Shown: positions 1-9,932 of the stretch, in pieces
How positions within the stretch are numbered: position 1 is the first letter of the stretch
Layout: each line of letters begins with the position of its first letter
From: a bacterium
GTDB taxonomy: Bacteria; Verrucomicrobiota; Verrucomicrobiia; Methylacidiphilales; Verrucolacustridaceae
Length of the DNA stretch: 64,000 nt
Reading direction: 5' to 3'
Assembly: GCA_043805085.1 (NCBI GenBank)
Contig: JAZDII010000086.1
Location: 2,807 to 66,806, forward strand
Program-made: the position numbers and the translations under genes
The notes under the pieces: generated by a model
Databases searched by the model: none
Told to the model about the DNA's origin: nothing
Seen by the model: the letters and a program-made list of their open reading frames with translations, nothing else

Positions 1-595
1 GCGGCGTGTTGGGCGACGTCAATAATCCGGCAAAGTCCGCCCCTCCCCCATAATCATTCATTGCCTGAAAATCCCTTAAATCTATCACAAGCCCCTTCAA
101 CCCGCCCGCGCGCCAGTGATACCACGCCTCAATCAACCTCAAAATACCTTGCTCTGAAAAACTCGCCACACGCCAATATCCAACCCCCTCAAAAATCAAT
201 TCCGGTTTGATCGCCAAAAATTCCGAAGGCAAAGGCGTCGGCCCATCCCCCAACCTCACCCGCGCGCCTAATTTCCCCACCATTTCCTGAACATTACTCG
301 CGTTGATACTCGCGCCCGCAAGGAACGGCGCATCGAAAAAATTGCTCTGAAGCAAATCCGCCGCTTCCGCCGCCTCATCCGACCTCAAAACAACAGGCTG
401 CGGCGCGGGCGGCGTTTTAGGAATCATTTTCTCTAACTTAGGCGACTGGTTTTGAGCGAGCTTTCTTGGAATAAATTGAAAAGAATTCACCGCCTCTCTT
501 TTGCGCTCCAAAACAGGCTTCACGGCAAAATAAGCCACCGCGCCGCCTGCCACAAAAGACCCGATGCAAGCCAATAAAATGAGAACCTTTTTCAT
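1..595 (-). CDS. S41-family (C-terminal processing) peptidase-like protein, N-terminal part; the gene runs off the left edge
   Basis: This frame is absent from the ORF track because it stays open to nt 1. Hand translation from the ATG (reverse complement of 593-595) gives MKKVLILLACIGSFVAGGAVAYF..., an N-terminal anchor or signal. It continues to VGYWRVASFSEQGI...GLKGLVIDLRDF...GGG, which resembles the GYxRIxxF...GLIxDLRxNxGG core of S41 peptidases. I saw no stop codon in this frame. Confidence 0.45.
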   Translation of the reverse strand, partial: MKKVLILLACIGSFVAGGAVAYFAVKPVLERKREAVNSFQFIPRKLAQNQSPKLEKMIPKTPPAPQPVVLRSDEAAEAADLLQSNFFDAPFLAGASINASNVQEMVGKLGARVRLGDGPTPLPSEFLAIKPELIFEGVGYWRVASFSEQGILRLIEAWYHWRAGGLKGLVIDLRDFQAMNDYGGGADFAGLLTSPNTP

Positions 596-677
596 CCAGC
601 GTCAACTTGACGCGCACTAACGAACTTTATTTACGCCTTGGCCGCAAGCAGTAAATTGTTCGCCAACACCCTAAAAC

Positions 678-1541
678 ATGAAAAAAGCAATTCTTGGCGC
701 GGTCTTCTTCCTTCTCGCCGTCATTTTATTAAGCGCAGTTCTTTCCCCGCCGGTTTTCTGGATAGTGGACAGCTGGATGCCGCGCGTTTTCCCCTTCCGC
801 CGCGTGTTCAACCGCATGGTCATGATCAGCGCGCTGGTCTCGCTCTGGCCCTTGGCGCGTTACTGGGGCGTGGCGTCATGGAAACAACTCGGACTGGCCG
901 ACCCGGCTTGGAAAAAGGAATGGCTGCGCGGCCTTGCTTTAGGCTGCGCCACGATGGCCGTCCTCTTTTCATTGCACCTCATCGGCGGCGCGCGCGCATG
1001 GCTCAATAATTTAGGAGGACAAAAAATCGCGGCGTTCCTTGCCACCGCGCTCGTCGTCGGATTTTTAGAAGAACTGCTTTTTCGCGGCCTCTTCTTTCAC
1101 GCGCTGCGGGAAAAACTCGGCAAATGGGCCGGTCTCTGGGCGGTTCTTTTATCCGCGTTCTTTGCCGACGCGCATTTCCTCAAAGCTCAAAACGTCGCCC
1201 TCCCCATTCACTGGCAAAGCGGCTGGGAAGCGTGGGGCGGCATCCTGCCCACGCTCTCTCAAACAGTGGAAATTCTGCCGCATTGGTTCAGCTTGTTTTT
1301 AGTGGGATTGATCCTTTGCGCCGCCGTGTGGAGACAGCGTAGCTTATGGCTGGCGATTGGCTTGCACACAGGCTGGATACTGATCCTCAAATGCGGCGAA
1401 AGCTTAACCATCCCCTCGCCCTTGCTGCCTAATTTTTGGTTTGGAGAAACCGTCACAACGGGCGCGTGGGCCATTTTTCTCCTGTTTGGTTTGCTCGCCG
1501 TTTTTCTCGCGCCGTCCCGACACCAACAACCGACACGATGA
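678..1541 (+). CDS. CPBP (CAAX/Abi) family intramembrane metalloprotease
   Basis: The 287-aa ORF is multi-pass hydrophobic. It carries EELLFRG and FFADAHF (FxxxH), the motifs characteristic of CPBP proteases. Confidence 0.8.
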   Translation: MKKAILGAVFFLLAVILLSAVLSPPVFWIVDSWMPRVFPFRRVFNRMVMISALVSLWPLARYWGVASWKQLGLADPAWKKEWLRGLALGCATMAVLFSLHLIGGARAWLNNLGGQKIAAFLATALVVGFLEELLFRGLFFHALREKLGKWAGLWAVLLSAFFADAHFLKAQNVALPIHWQSGWEAWGGILPTLSQTVEILPHWFSLFLVGLILCAAVWRQRSLWLAIGLHTGWILILKCGESLTIPSPLLPNFWFGETVTTGAWAIFLLFGLLAVFLAPSRHQQPTR

Positions 1542-2200
1542 ACATCTGGCTAAAAAGTCTTCTTGATCTTGTTTATCCCGCCGAGCCGCCGCCGGATGAA
1601 CTGCCCGTCCTCCAACCACCCCTTTGCCAGCGTTGCGGCGAACCTTTTGAAGGCCAAATCGCCGCCGCCTTTATTTGCCGCTCTTGCCAAACCCACACAT
1701 GGGCCATCCGCCAAGCGCGCGCGCCTTATGTCTCCGCTGGTTACGTCAGAGAAACCATCCACGCCTTCAAATACGAACGCCAATTTCATCACCTCCCCCA
1801 GCTTTCTCAATGGCTGGAAGAAGGCTATCGCCGCTTTTATGCCGACGAATCCTTCGACGGCATCACGCCCGTGCCGCTTCATTGGTCGAGGAAATGGGCG
1901 CGCGGTTTTAACCAAGCTAAGGAACTTGCGCACCGCCTCTCGCGTCAAACAGGCTCCCCCTTGCTCGATTGTCTCAAACGAATCAAAAAAACAAAAACCC
2001 AAACCCGTTTGCGCCGCAGCGAACGTTTTCAAAACCAACGCAACGCTTACGCCCTCAAAATCGGTGCAAATGTTCGGGGCGCGAAACTCCTTCTCATTGA
2101 CGACATCTTCACCACCGGCGCCACCACCGACGCCTGCGCACGCGCCTTGCGCAAATCCGGCGCGGCGGAAGTGGCTGTGTTGACGGTGGCGAGGGGATAA
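1538..2200 (+). CDS. comF: ComF family phosphoribosyltransferase-domain protein
   Basis: The C-terminus has the PRTase motif LLLIDDIFTTGATTDA. The N-terminus has paired CxxC motifs (CQRCGE...CRSCQ). The ATG at 1538 overlaps the upstream stop (ATGA), so the ORF-track start at 1436 is an upstream extension inside the CPBP gene. Confidence 0.8.
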   Translation: MNIWLKSLLDLVYPAEPPPDELPVLQPPLCQRCGEPFEGQIAAAFICRSCQTHTWAIRQARAPYVSAGYVRETIHAFKYERQFHHLPQLSQWLEEGYRRFYADESFDGITPVPLHWSRKWARGFNQAKELAHRLSRQTGSPLLDCLKRIKKTKTQTRLRRSERFQNQRNAYALKIGANVRGAKLLLIDDIFTTGATTDACARALRKSGAAEVAVLTVARG

Positions 2201-2277
2201 TCACTCAAATTAAGGACACCACCGCTGCCGCCCCTTGCTTGACAGCAGCGCAACGGAACTTACCCTTTCCCTTTTGA

Positions 2278-2985
2278 ATGAAACAACTCTGGACATTTTT
2301 TGCCTCCTCTCTTGGCCGCAAATACCTCATGTCCGTTACAGGCTGCGCGTTGTCCCTTTTTGCCCTCGTTCACATGGTCGGCAATCTGCAAATTTTTCTG
2401 GGAAAAGAAACCATCAACGCCTACGGCTATCATCTGCACACTTTGCCATGGCCTATTTTCTGGGGATTCCGACTCGGCCTCGCCACATGCGCGCTGGTTC
2501 ACATTGTCGTAGCGGCATGGCTGACGACGGAAAATCTTCTCGCTCGCCCCAAAGGTTACCGCGTCAAGAAAGCCGTGGAAGCCTCATGGGCCTCGCGCAC
2601 GATGCCCCTCACAGGCGCGCTTCTTTTGGCGTTTATCGTCTTTCACTTGGCTAATTTCACCTTGGGCATCACGCCGGAACCTTACGACATTACCCTTCCC
2701 AGAGTGACGATGGAGATTAACGACAAGATAGTGAAAGTATTTGATGTCTACGCCATGATGATTTCCTCTTTTTCCATTCCGTGGCTGTCTGTTTCTTACA
2801 TCATCGCCATGGGATTGCTTTGCTTTCACCTCGCCCACGGCATCGGCAGCATGTTCCAAAGCGTGGGCTTGAGAAATCACAAGTGGCGTTTCATCCTTGA
2901 TAAAGCCGGCGCGGCCTACGGCTGGTTTCTTTTCATCGGCTTTGCCATCATCCCCGTCGCCGTGCTAACAGGATTTTTAAAGTGA
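2278..2985 (+). CDS. sdhC: Succinate dehydrogenase/fumarate reductase cytochrome b subunit (single large membrane anchor, b558 type)
   Basis: The 235-aa protein has about five hydrophobic helices with conserved His residues (LVHMVGN, CFHLAHG). It lies directly upstream of the flavoprotein and Fe-S subunits. Confidence 0.75.
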   Translation: MKQLWTFFASSLGRKYLMSVTGCALSLFALVHMVGNLQIFLGKETINAYGYHLHTLPWPIFWGFRLGLATCALVHIVVAAWLTTENLLARPKGYRVKKAVEASWASRTMPLTGALLLAFIVFHLANFTLGITPEPYDITLPRVTMEINDKIVKVFDVYAMMISSFSIPWLSVSYIIAMGLLCFHLAHGIGSMFQSVGLRNHKWRFILDKAGAAYGWFLFIGFAIIPVAVLTGFLK

Positions 2986-2986
2986 T

Positions 2987-4903
2987 ATGAACCTCGACGC
3001 TCACATTCCCGACGGCCCCTTGGTGGAAAAATGGGAACACCATAAGTCCAGCAGCAAACTCGTCAGCCCGCCCAACCGCCGCAAGCGGCGCGTCATCGTC
3101 GTCGGCTCCGGCTTGGCCGGAAGCTCCGCCGCCGCCACTTTAGGAGAGCTTGGTTACAACGTGGATTGCTTCTGCTTCCATGACAGCCCTCGGCGCGCGC
3201 ACAGCATCGCGGCGCAAGGCGGCGTCAACGCAGCCAAGAACTACCAAAATGATAGCGACAGCGTGCAGCGTCTTTTTTACGACACGCTCAAAGGCGGCGA
3301 TTTCCGCGCGCGCGAGGCCAATGTCTACCGCCTCGCCGAACTAAGCGTGCGCATCATTGACCAATGCGCCGCGCAAGGCGTGCCCTTCGCCCGCGATTAC
3401 AGCGGCCTCCTCGCCAACCGTTCCTTCGGCGGCATGCAAGTGAGCCGCACCTTTTACGCGCGCAGTCAAACGGGCCAGCAACTGCTCCTCGGCGCATATT
3501 CCGCTCTAAGCCGTCAAATCGCCCTCGGCACGGTAACAATGCATAACCGCCACGAGATGCTGGACGTCGTATTATCAGACGGCCACGCAAAAGGCATCGT
3601 CACACGCGATTTGGAAACCGGCGACATCCGCCCGTGGAGCGCAGACGCCGTCATCCTCGCCACCGGTGGTTACAGCAACGTCTTTTTCCTTTCCACCAAT
3701 GCCTGCGGCTGCAACGCCACCGCCCTTCACCGCGCTTACAGAAAAGGCGCGGGCTTCGCCAATCCCTGCTTCACCCAAATCCATCCCACCTGCATCCCCC
3801 AATACGGCGAGCACCAATCGAAGCTGACGCTGATGTCTGAATCCTTGCGCAATGATGGCCGCATTTGGGCGCCCAAGAAAAAAGAAGACTGCGGCAAAGA
3901 CCCTCAAGAAATTGCCGAAGAAAATCGCGATTATTTTCTCGAACGCAAATACCCCGCCTTCGGCAACCTGACCCCACGCGACATCGCCTCGCGCGCCGCC
4001 AAGGAAGCTTGCGACGCGGGCCACAGCATCGTCCCCGGCGGTTCAGGCGTTTATCTGGACTTTGCCGATTCCATTCGCCGCTTCAACCAAACCGCGATTG
4101 AAGAACGTTACGGCAATCTTTTTGAAATGTACGAGCGCATCACCGGCGACAACGCTTACAAAACGCCCATGCGCATCTACCCCGCGCCGCATTATACGAT
4201 GGGCGGTCTTTGGGTGGATTATGATCTCATGAGCAACGTCCCCGGCCTTTTCGTTCTGGGCGAAGCGAACTTCTCCGACCACGGCGCCAACCGCCTCGGC
4301 GCATCCGCGCTGATGCAGGGCCTCGCCGACGGCTATTTCATTATCCCCGTCGCCATCGCCAATTATTTTGCCTCCATCCCGCTCGGCTGCCCCAACATTG
4401 ACGCCCCTGAATTCCGCGACGCTCTCCAAGAAACGCGCGACCGCACCAAACGGCTCCTCTCCGTCCCCGGCAAACGCTCCGCCCGCTCGTTCCACATCGA
4501 ACTGGGCAAAATCATGTGGGAACACTGCGGCATGGCGCGCAACGAACGCGGCCTGCAAAAAGCTCTTTCACTCATCCCGGCTCTGCGCGAAGAATTTTGG
4601 AAAAACGTGCGCGTCACCGGCGGCGCAAGAGAACTCAACCCCGAACTGGAACGCGCCGGCCGCGTGGCGGACTTCCTCGAATTCGCCGAGCTGATGTGCC
4701 GCGACGCCCTTGAACGGCGCGAATCCTGCGGCGGCCATTTCCGTGAGGAATATGAAACGCCTGACGGCGAAGCCAAGCGCGACGACGCTAACTTCGCGCA
4801 CGTCGCCGTGTGGAAATTTCAAGGCGACAATCGCCCTCCAAAAAAGCACAAAGAAGAGCTTTATTACGAACAAACGAAGATGATCGTCCGCAATTACAAG
4901 TAA
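2987..4903 (+). CDS. sdhA: Succinate dehydrogenase/fumarate reductase flavoprotein subunit
   Basis: [14 protein letters not shown] is the FAD-binding fold. [10 protein letters not shown] holds the covalent-FAD histidine. [10 protein letters not shown] and the C-terminal [12 protein letters not shown] motif are also present. Confidence 0.95.
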   Translation: MNLDAHIPDGPLVEKWEHHKSSSKLVSPPNRRKRRVIVVGSGLAGSSAAATLGELGYNVDCFCFHDSPRRAHSIAAQGGVNAAKNYQNDSDSVQRLFYDTLKGGDFRAREANVYRLAELSVRIIDQCAAQGVPFARDYSGLLANRSFGGMQVSRTFYARSQTGQQLLLGAYSALSRQIALGTVTMHNRHEMLDVVLSDGHAKGIVTRDLETGDIRPWSADAVILATGGYSNVFFLSTNACGCNATALHRAYRKGAGFANPCFTQIHPTCIPQYGEHQSKLTLMSESLRNDGRIWAPKKKEDCGKDPQEIAEENRDYFLERKYPAFGNLTPRDIASRAAKEACDAGHSIVPGGSGVYLDFADSIRRFNQTAIEERYGNLFEMYERITGDNAYKTPMRIYPAPHYTMGGLWVDYDLMSNVPGLFVLGEANFSDHGANRLGASALMQGLADGYFIIPVAIANYFASIPLGCPNIDAPEFRDALQETRDRTKRLLSVPGKRSARSFHIELGKIMWEHCGMARNERGLQKALSLIPALREEFWKNVRVTGGARELNPELERAGRVADFLEFAELMCRDALERRESCGGHFREEYETPDGEAKRDDANFAHVAVWKFQGDNRPPKKHKEELYYEQTKMIVRNYK

Positions 4904-4906
4904 CCC

Positions 4907-5659
4907 ATGAACTTCACTCTCAAAATCTGGAGGCAAAAAACCAGCGACGCCAAAGGCGGCCTCGAGACCTACTCCCTCCAAGACGTTTCGGAAGATATTT
5001 CTTTTTTGGAAATGCTCGACACGCTCAATGAACAACTCGTGAACGACGGCAGCGACCCTGTCGCCTTTGACCATGATTGCCGCGAGGGCATTTGCGGCAT
5101 ATGCTCGCTCGTCATCAACGGCGTCCCGCACGGTCAACGCAAAACCACCACCTGCCAGCTCCACATGCGCCATTTCAAAGACGGCGAAACCATCACCATC
5201 GAGCCTTTCCGCGCCAGACCCTTCCGCGTCATCAAAGACCTGATCACAGATCGCGCGCCGTTCGACACGATCATCCAATCCGGCGGCTACATTTCCGTGA
5301 ACACGGGCGTGACGATTGACGCCAACGCTATCCCCATCCAACACGAAATCGCAGAAAAAGCCATGGACGCCGCCGCGTGCATCGGCTGCGGAGCTTGCGC
5401 TGCGGCCTGTCCCAACGCCTCCGCCATGCTCTTCGTCGCCGCCAAAATTTCCCATCTCAATCTCTTGCCGCAAGGCAAACCGGAGAAAGACCGCCGCGTT
5501 CTCACCATGACTCAAGCCATGGACGCCGCAGGCTTCGGCAACTGCACGAACATCGGCGAATGCCAAGCCGTCTGCCCCAAAGACATCTCTCTGGATTTCA
5601 TCGCCAAAATGAACCGCGACTACGCCCTCGCCTCCGTCAAAAAACTCCTCGGCGTCTAA
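4907..5659 (+). CDS. sdhB: Succinate dehydrogenase/fumarate reductase iron-sulfur subunit
   Basis: The cysteine clusters [10 protein letters not shown] (2Fe-2S), [12 protein letters not shown] (4Fe-4S) and CQAVCPK (3Fe-4S) are all present. Confidence 0.95.
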   Translation: MNFTLKIWRQKTSDAKGGLETYSLQDVSEDISFLEMLDTLNEQLVNDGSDPVAFDHDCREGICGICSLVINGVPHGQRKTTTCQLHMRHFKDGETITIEPFRARPFRVIKDLITDRAPFDTIIQSGGYISVNTGVTIDANAIPIQHEIAEKAMDAAACIGCGACAAACPNASAMLFVAAKISHLNLLPQGKPEKDRRVLTMTQAMDAAGFGNCTNIGECQAVCPKDISLDFIAKMNRDYALASVKKLLGV

Positions 5660-6987
5660 ACCGGCGTCGCCGTCAGCGTTTGAGTAATGTCGGCAGGCGA
5701 CTGCGCTTCAGTGAACTCCTCCAAAACCCGATCCACAAAAGGATCAACATACGTCAACGTCGGATACTGATTGCTCAACTGAAAATCAATCCGCCCGTTT
5801 CGCTTCGTCGCCTTCATAGAAATTTCATCCAAGCGGACGGGGTACATCTGCCACTGCTCCTCGGGATGAACAAAATTATCCAACTGCTCCCACAAATTCG
5901 CCACATGCCTCTCCATGCCGGCATCCATCAACCCTTGATTCATGTCCACCCGATCCGTGCCCAGCACAATCACCACGCCTAAATTAAAAATCGGCTGGTC
6001 TTTATAATCGCCGTCAACTTTCGCGTCAAAAATCTTAGTCTTCAACGTCGCTTCATGATGCGCGTGCGCCACATTGCGCTCGCTTGCGGGATCGTCAAAA
6101 TCGCAAGAAGTCTTGATGTAATAATCCATCTGCAACGTCCACTGCAACTCCGCCGGAATTTCAAAACGCGCCGTGCCGCGCGCGGTCAACGTCGCATCGC
6201 CCGCTTGCGTCAACTCCACCCTGTCGCTGGAAATGCTGTAAGCATAACCCAATCGCAAGCCCCTTGAATGCGACGTGTCGGCCAGTCGAATCTCAAAACG
6301 ATTCTCCCCCTTATACTGCGCCAAATAATTTCGATCGGGAACAACCCAGCCGCTATAAGTCTCGTAAGGAATCGGATTACGCACAAGAGACTCAATCTCA
6401 AAACCGCGCCCCGCGCTTGAAAAATGCGCCTCTATCACCTTGTTCTTTGCCCCCGAAGACGGCCACGTCACGGCGGGATCATACGCGCATGCGTCAATCC
6501 ACAGCCGCGAAGCTCCTCCGCCTGTCAGCGGCGCGCCCGGGTTGATAATCATCGTCGGACTACTGCTCATAATTGGTTGATCTCCTTCCGTCCACTCCGC
6601 CTCATCTTCGTTTCCAAAAGCGCGCCGTTCCCAGCGAGAACCTAATCCCAAAGCGCCCGCGCCGGAAGCTCGCCCATCGGCTTCGATCAAGAAAAAATCG
6701 CAATCACTCGCCGAAGTGTCAAACAACCGGCTCCGCCGCACGCCAAGCGCAGCCTTCACTGAAGCCGCGCCGCTCAACTGCGCGCCCGGCAACGCGAACC
6801 GTCCGCAAAGGCTGGCGCGAACGGTCGCCACGCCTTGAACCGAGGCCATTAAACCCGTCTTTTCATAAGACAGGCTCGCTTCCGTATAACTGCTCCCCGC
6901 CAGCGAACCTTGCAAACTCTGAAAAGCCTGCAACTCCGCCGACACGCTTGCCGCGCCGGAAACGCTCGTCTGAATATCCCGTATCAT
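5656..6987 (-). CDS. Hypothetical protein, tail-fibre-like (degenerate G/A/S/V repeats at the N-terminus); last gene of the phage-like module
   Basis: The 443-aa intact ORF overlaps the upstream 134-aa gene by ATGA. The N-terminus repeats [11 protein letters not shown] / [13 protein letters not shown] / [12 protein letters not shown] recognise no catalytic motif, so the function is inferred from context only. Confidence 0.4.
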   Translation of the reverse strand: MIRDIQTSVSGAASVSAELQAFQSLQGSLAGSSYTEASLSYEKTGLMASVQGVATVRASLCGRFALPGAQLSGAASVKAALGVRRSRLFDTSASDCDFFLIEADGRASGAGALGLGSRWERRAFGNEDEAEWTEGDQPIMSSSPTMIINPGAPLTGGGASRLWIDACAYDPAVTWPSSGAKNKVIEAHFSSAGRGFEIESLVRNPIPYETYSGWVVPDRNYLAQYKGENRFEIRLADTSHSRGLRLGYAYSISSDRVELTQAGDATLTARGTARFEIPAELQWTLQMDYYIKTSCDFDDPASERNVAHAHHEATLKTKIFDAKVDGDYKDQPIFNLGVVIVLGTDRVDMNQGLMDAGMERHVANLWEQLDNFVHPEEQWQMYPVRLDEISMKATKRNGRIDFQLSNQYPTLTYVDPFVDRVLEEFTEAQSPADITQTLTATPV

Positions 6988-7388
6988 GCTTCCACAACCG
7001 TCAGCGCCCCTGCCGCAAACCGCGCCTGATCGCCGTTATTCACCGTTTTGCTGGAAGTCAACGCGCCATAATACAGCATATTCCCCGCGCTTGCCGCGTC
7101 GAACAAAGCAAAATGCGTCACCGTCCCCCAATCGCCTCCTGAAGCCGATGCAAACTCAATCGCCACTCCATTACTCTTGGCTCCGTTAGAAGCGTTCGGC
7201 CAATTTGTGGAATTATTCGCCACATCCTTCCGCGCATAAGCGTAACCGCTCACTTCCGTGCCGCCGCCGGCGTCATTCGGCGCCGCCGTGTAAAGAGCCA
7301 CATAAATCGTGCTCGGCGGCGTGAAACTATTTCCGCCCAACACCAAATCCACCATTTTATTTTCCAAATAATCCGACTTCGCACTCAT
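6984..7388 (-). CDS. Small phage-associated conserved protein (family seen next to tail-fibre genes)
   Basis: The 134-aa sequence LVLGGNSFTPPSTIYVALYTAAPNDAGGGTEVSGYAYARKDV...DWGTVTHFALFDAASAGNMLYYGAL...NGDQARFAAGALTV matches a pattern I recall from phage and prophage proteins; this is memory, not a search. An AGGA-type ribosome-binding site lies upstream. Confidence 0.45.
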   Translation of the reverse strand: MSAKSDYLENKMVDLVLGGNSFTPPSTIYVALYTAAPNDAGGGTEVSGYAYARKDVANNSTNWPNASNGAKSNGVAIEFASASGGDWGTVTHFALFDAASAGNMLYYGALTSSKTVNNGDQARFAAGALTVVEA

Positions 7389-7422
7389 ACTTTTTTCCTT
7401 TCTATTTTAAACTTCAAAAAAT

Positions 7423-9852
7423 TCATCCTCTCCCCTGTCGCTTCCAACCGACCGCCCAATTCCTCACCGCAAAATCCTTCCCCTGCTCCACCCAAACCGT
7501 GAAATGCGCCCGCAACGCCGCGCCGCTCAACATAGTGAGAACCTTGTGCCGTTCCTTCCCGAACACCTCGCCGTAATACACATCCTTGGCCGCGCCCCCG
7601 CTCGTCTCCAACCGCAAACACACCAGCCCGCTTGAGCATTTCACCACGCTCCAATAAAACTCGTAAAAACCCTTCTCCGTCTCCGGCTCGCCGAAATCCA
7701 GCCAGCCCGTCCTCAACCGCAAAACATTTCCCTTCAGCACGCTCTTATTGTTTTTAAGAAAAATCGCCCCGAACCCCTGCTGCTCCGCCGCCTCAATGGA
7801 AGCGGAATTAGAATCCACCGTCGTCACGCCCGCCGTGTTCGCAAACGAGCCGAAAGGCCGCGCCAATTTTCTTAAATCCCAAACAAACAATTCGCCGCGC
7901 AAGGTCAACCCAACCAAACGTCCGTCCGCCGCAGACACGCTCGTCACGCTGATAAACGACGGCAAATAAAAAGGCCCCGTCAATTCCCCTCGCTCAAAAT
8001 CAAACGCAAAACCCGCCATGCCCCCGAACTTCGCCCGCGTCCAAATCCACCACAACCGATTGACAAAATCCGCTGCCCCGTGCGGCGCGACGCTGTCGTT
8101 AATATCCGCATACTCGCGGATATAACCGCTGATCTTTTCCGAAACGAGAGCATCCAACGGCGCGCTCGTTGCGGCCTGCGGCGACGCGCTGATGCGGTAA
8201 AGATTAAAATCCTTGCCTAAATAATAGTAACTCCCGTTCGTCCAATTGACGCCCGTCCAAGAATTGACAGGCCCGCACAAAACCGCGTGTTCCGCTTTTG
8301 CTTTAGATTCGTAAGCCATCCTGCCGGCAAAAGCCAACACCCCGCCGCGAAACTCCGCCAACGCCGTAATCCCCTCGCTGCCCGAACCCTGCGGCGTCAA
8401 ATCCTCATAAAGCTCCTCGCCCGTCGTCTCCGTCAACACCTGCTCCGACGTCCGCTCCTGCGTAAATGAAACGCGAAGCGGCCTCTCCCAATTTCCCGCC
8501 ATATAAATGCGATTGCCCGCACAAACAAACGCCCGCGACGGCGCGGGAGAACGCGCCGCCAACAAATTTTTCTCCTCCACCAAACGCCCTTCCCGCGCCA
8601 AATCCGTCCGCGCCCGCTCATTCACATGCCAAGGATAAACCGTCACCCGCTGACTCTCGTTCGGCAGCTCAAAAAGCCGAAGCAATTTCGTTCGTCGGTC
8701 GCATGTGCAATCCAAACAAATCTCCGCCGCATAAACGCGAATCCCAGTCCAACCATCTGCATCCGGCGAAAGCCCGTCCTTTTCAATATTGACCTGCACC
8801 GCGTGCGCCCTTGAACCGACGCGCGAAGTCTCAATCCGCGCATCTGAACTCGGCGCCGACTCCACAATACCCAGCCGTTCGTCCTTTTTAATATACGTCA
8901 GCAACACCCGCACGCCCATGCGCACATAAGCGTTATAGACCTTTTCAAATTCATCCGTCTCCACACCGCTATGCCGGGGAGGAACCTCATCCGTCCCGCC
9001 TCCAATCGCTGACGACGGAAACAAAGGAGCTTGCTCCTCTGAAGAAGAAACATGCGCGCAAGTCACCACTCCTGATGCATTCGGATCGCGCTCAATAAAC
9101 CAAGCCAGCTGCTGATTCGTCGACAACGGCGCGGGACACGTCACCACATAATTTAACGGATCGCAAAACGTCCCCTTGCCCGCGACGCTGCTGCTAAACC
9201 CGATCCCCGTCCCGCCGCGCACGGTGACAAGAACATGAGCGCGCCGCAAACCCGCCTCAAATCTCAATCCGCCCGCCTCCAAAAAAGACGGCGCGGAAAC
9301 TTGATTCACCATGCCCACCAACGCCAGCGTTGGCGGCAAAGGCGCGACGCCGACTCCCATCACGCTCAAACAATTTAAATCCGCGTCATAAACCAAATTC
9401 GCGTCAACACCGTTGCCCAAATAAAGCCGTCCCGAAATTAGCGTCCCATTCCACTTCACGCGCGGCGACAAACCCCGCCACAACACCTGATGCACAGAAT
9501 CAACCGCCGTCAGCGTCGGCCCGCCGTCCAACCGTCCTTCAAACTCAACATCCTTGCCCGCGTAAAACACGCCCAGCCCCATGTCGTTGGCAAAATCATA
9601 AAAAACCAAACACGTCTCGCCCTCATTCACCAACTTCACACAACACGTGTGATCCGCGCGCGACACGCCCAACGCGCTCTTCAAGTCTCCTAGCGAAACC
9701 AATCCCCACAACCGCTCATACTCCGGCGCGCGGCTAAACCCGCCCGACGGCCTCAACACCACACCCTCCGCATATTCCAAAGGCGTCACCTTCCGGTTCT
9801 TCGCGTCGGGAAAACGATCCACGCCGCCGAATGTCTGAATTGCCGTCAACAT
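7423..9852 (-). CDS. Large beta-rich hypothetical protein (positional analogue of a podovirus tail-tube/nozzle protein)
   Basis: The 809-aa intact ORF is rich in Gly, Val, Thr and Trp, which suggests a beta-propeller-like fold rather than a helical portal. It lies directly downstream of the capsid-like gene. The function rests only on size, composition and position. Confidence 0.35.
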   Translation of the reverse strand: MLTAIQTFGGVDRFPDAKNRKVTPLEYAEGVVLRPSGGFSRAPEYERLWGLVSLGDLKSALGVSRADHTCCVKLVNEGETCLVFYDFANDMGLGVFYAGKDVEFEGRLDGGPTLTAVDSVHQVLWRGLSPRVKWNGTLISGRLYLGNGVDANLVYDADLNCLSVMGVGVAPLPPTLALVGMVNQVSAPSFLEAGGLRFEAGLRRAHVLVTVRGGTGIGFSSSVAGKGTFCDPLNYVVTCPAPLSTNQQLAWFIERDPNASGVVTCAHVSSSEEQAPLFPSSAIGGGTDEVPPRHSGVETDEFEKVYNAYVRMGVRVLLTYIKKDERLGIVESAPSSDARIETSRVGSRAHAVQVNIEKDGLSPDADGWTGIRVYAAEICLDCTCDRRTKLLRLFELPNESQRVTVYPWHVNERARTDLAREGRLVEEKNLLAARSPAPSRAFVCAGNRIYMAGNWERPLRVSFTQERTSEQVLTETTGEELYEDLTPQGSGSEGITALAEFRGGVLAFAGRMAYESKAKAEHAVLCGPVNSWTGVNWTNGSYYYLGKDFNLYRISASPQAATSAPLDALVSEKISGYIREYADINDSVAPHGAADFVNRLWWIWTRAKFGGMAGFAFDFERGELTGPFYLPSFISVTSVSAADGRLVGLTLRGELFVWDLRKLARPFGSFANTAGVTTVDSNSASIEAAEQQGFGAIFLKNNKSVLKGNVLRLRTGWLDFGEPETEKGFYEFYWSVVKCSSGLVCLRLETSGGAAKDVYYGEVFGKERHKVLTMLSGAALRAHFTVWVEQGKDFAVRNWAVGWKRQGRG

Positions 9853-9870
9853 AAAGAAATTTGTTTTACA

Positions 9871-9912
9871 AAACCGCCGTCGAAAGGGGCGGCGTCATGG
9901 CAACGCCGCCCC
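9871..9912 (-). terminator. GC-rich hairpin after the capsid-like gene (partial terminator or attenuator)
   Basis: On the minus strand a perfect 9-bp stem forms between ggggcggcg (9912-9904) and cgccgcccc (9894-9886), followed by ttt. A weaker alternative stem, cgccg/cggcg, is followed by gttttgt. The structure lies in the 80-nt gap between the 486-aa and 809-aa genes. Confidence 0.45.
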
Positions 9913-9932
9913 GTTCCTTTCATTCACTTCCA

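Noticed and set aside
2239-2266. A perfect TTGACA, a 16-nt spacer and TACCCT lie upstream of sdhC as a possible sigma-70 promoter.
   Set aside because: The -10 element is weak. The implied transcript start would leave only a ~5-nt leader before the ATG at 2278. I cannot support it without TSS data.
4568-5566. A 332-aa minus-strand ORF spans the sdhA/sdhB junction.
   Set aside because: It is antisense to two genes with diagnostic FAD and Fe-S motifs and has no motifs of its own.
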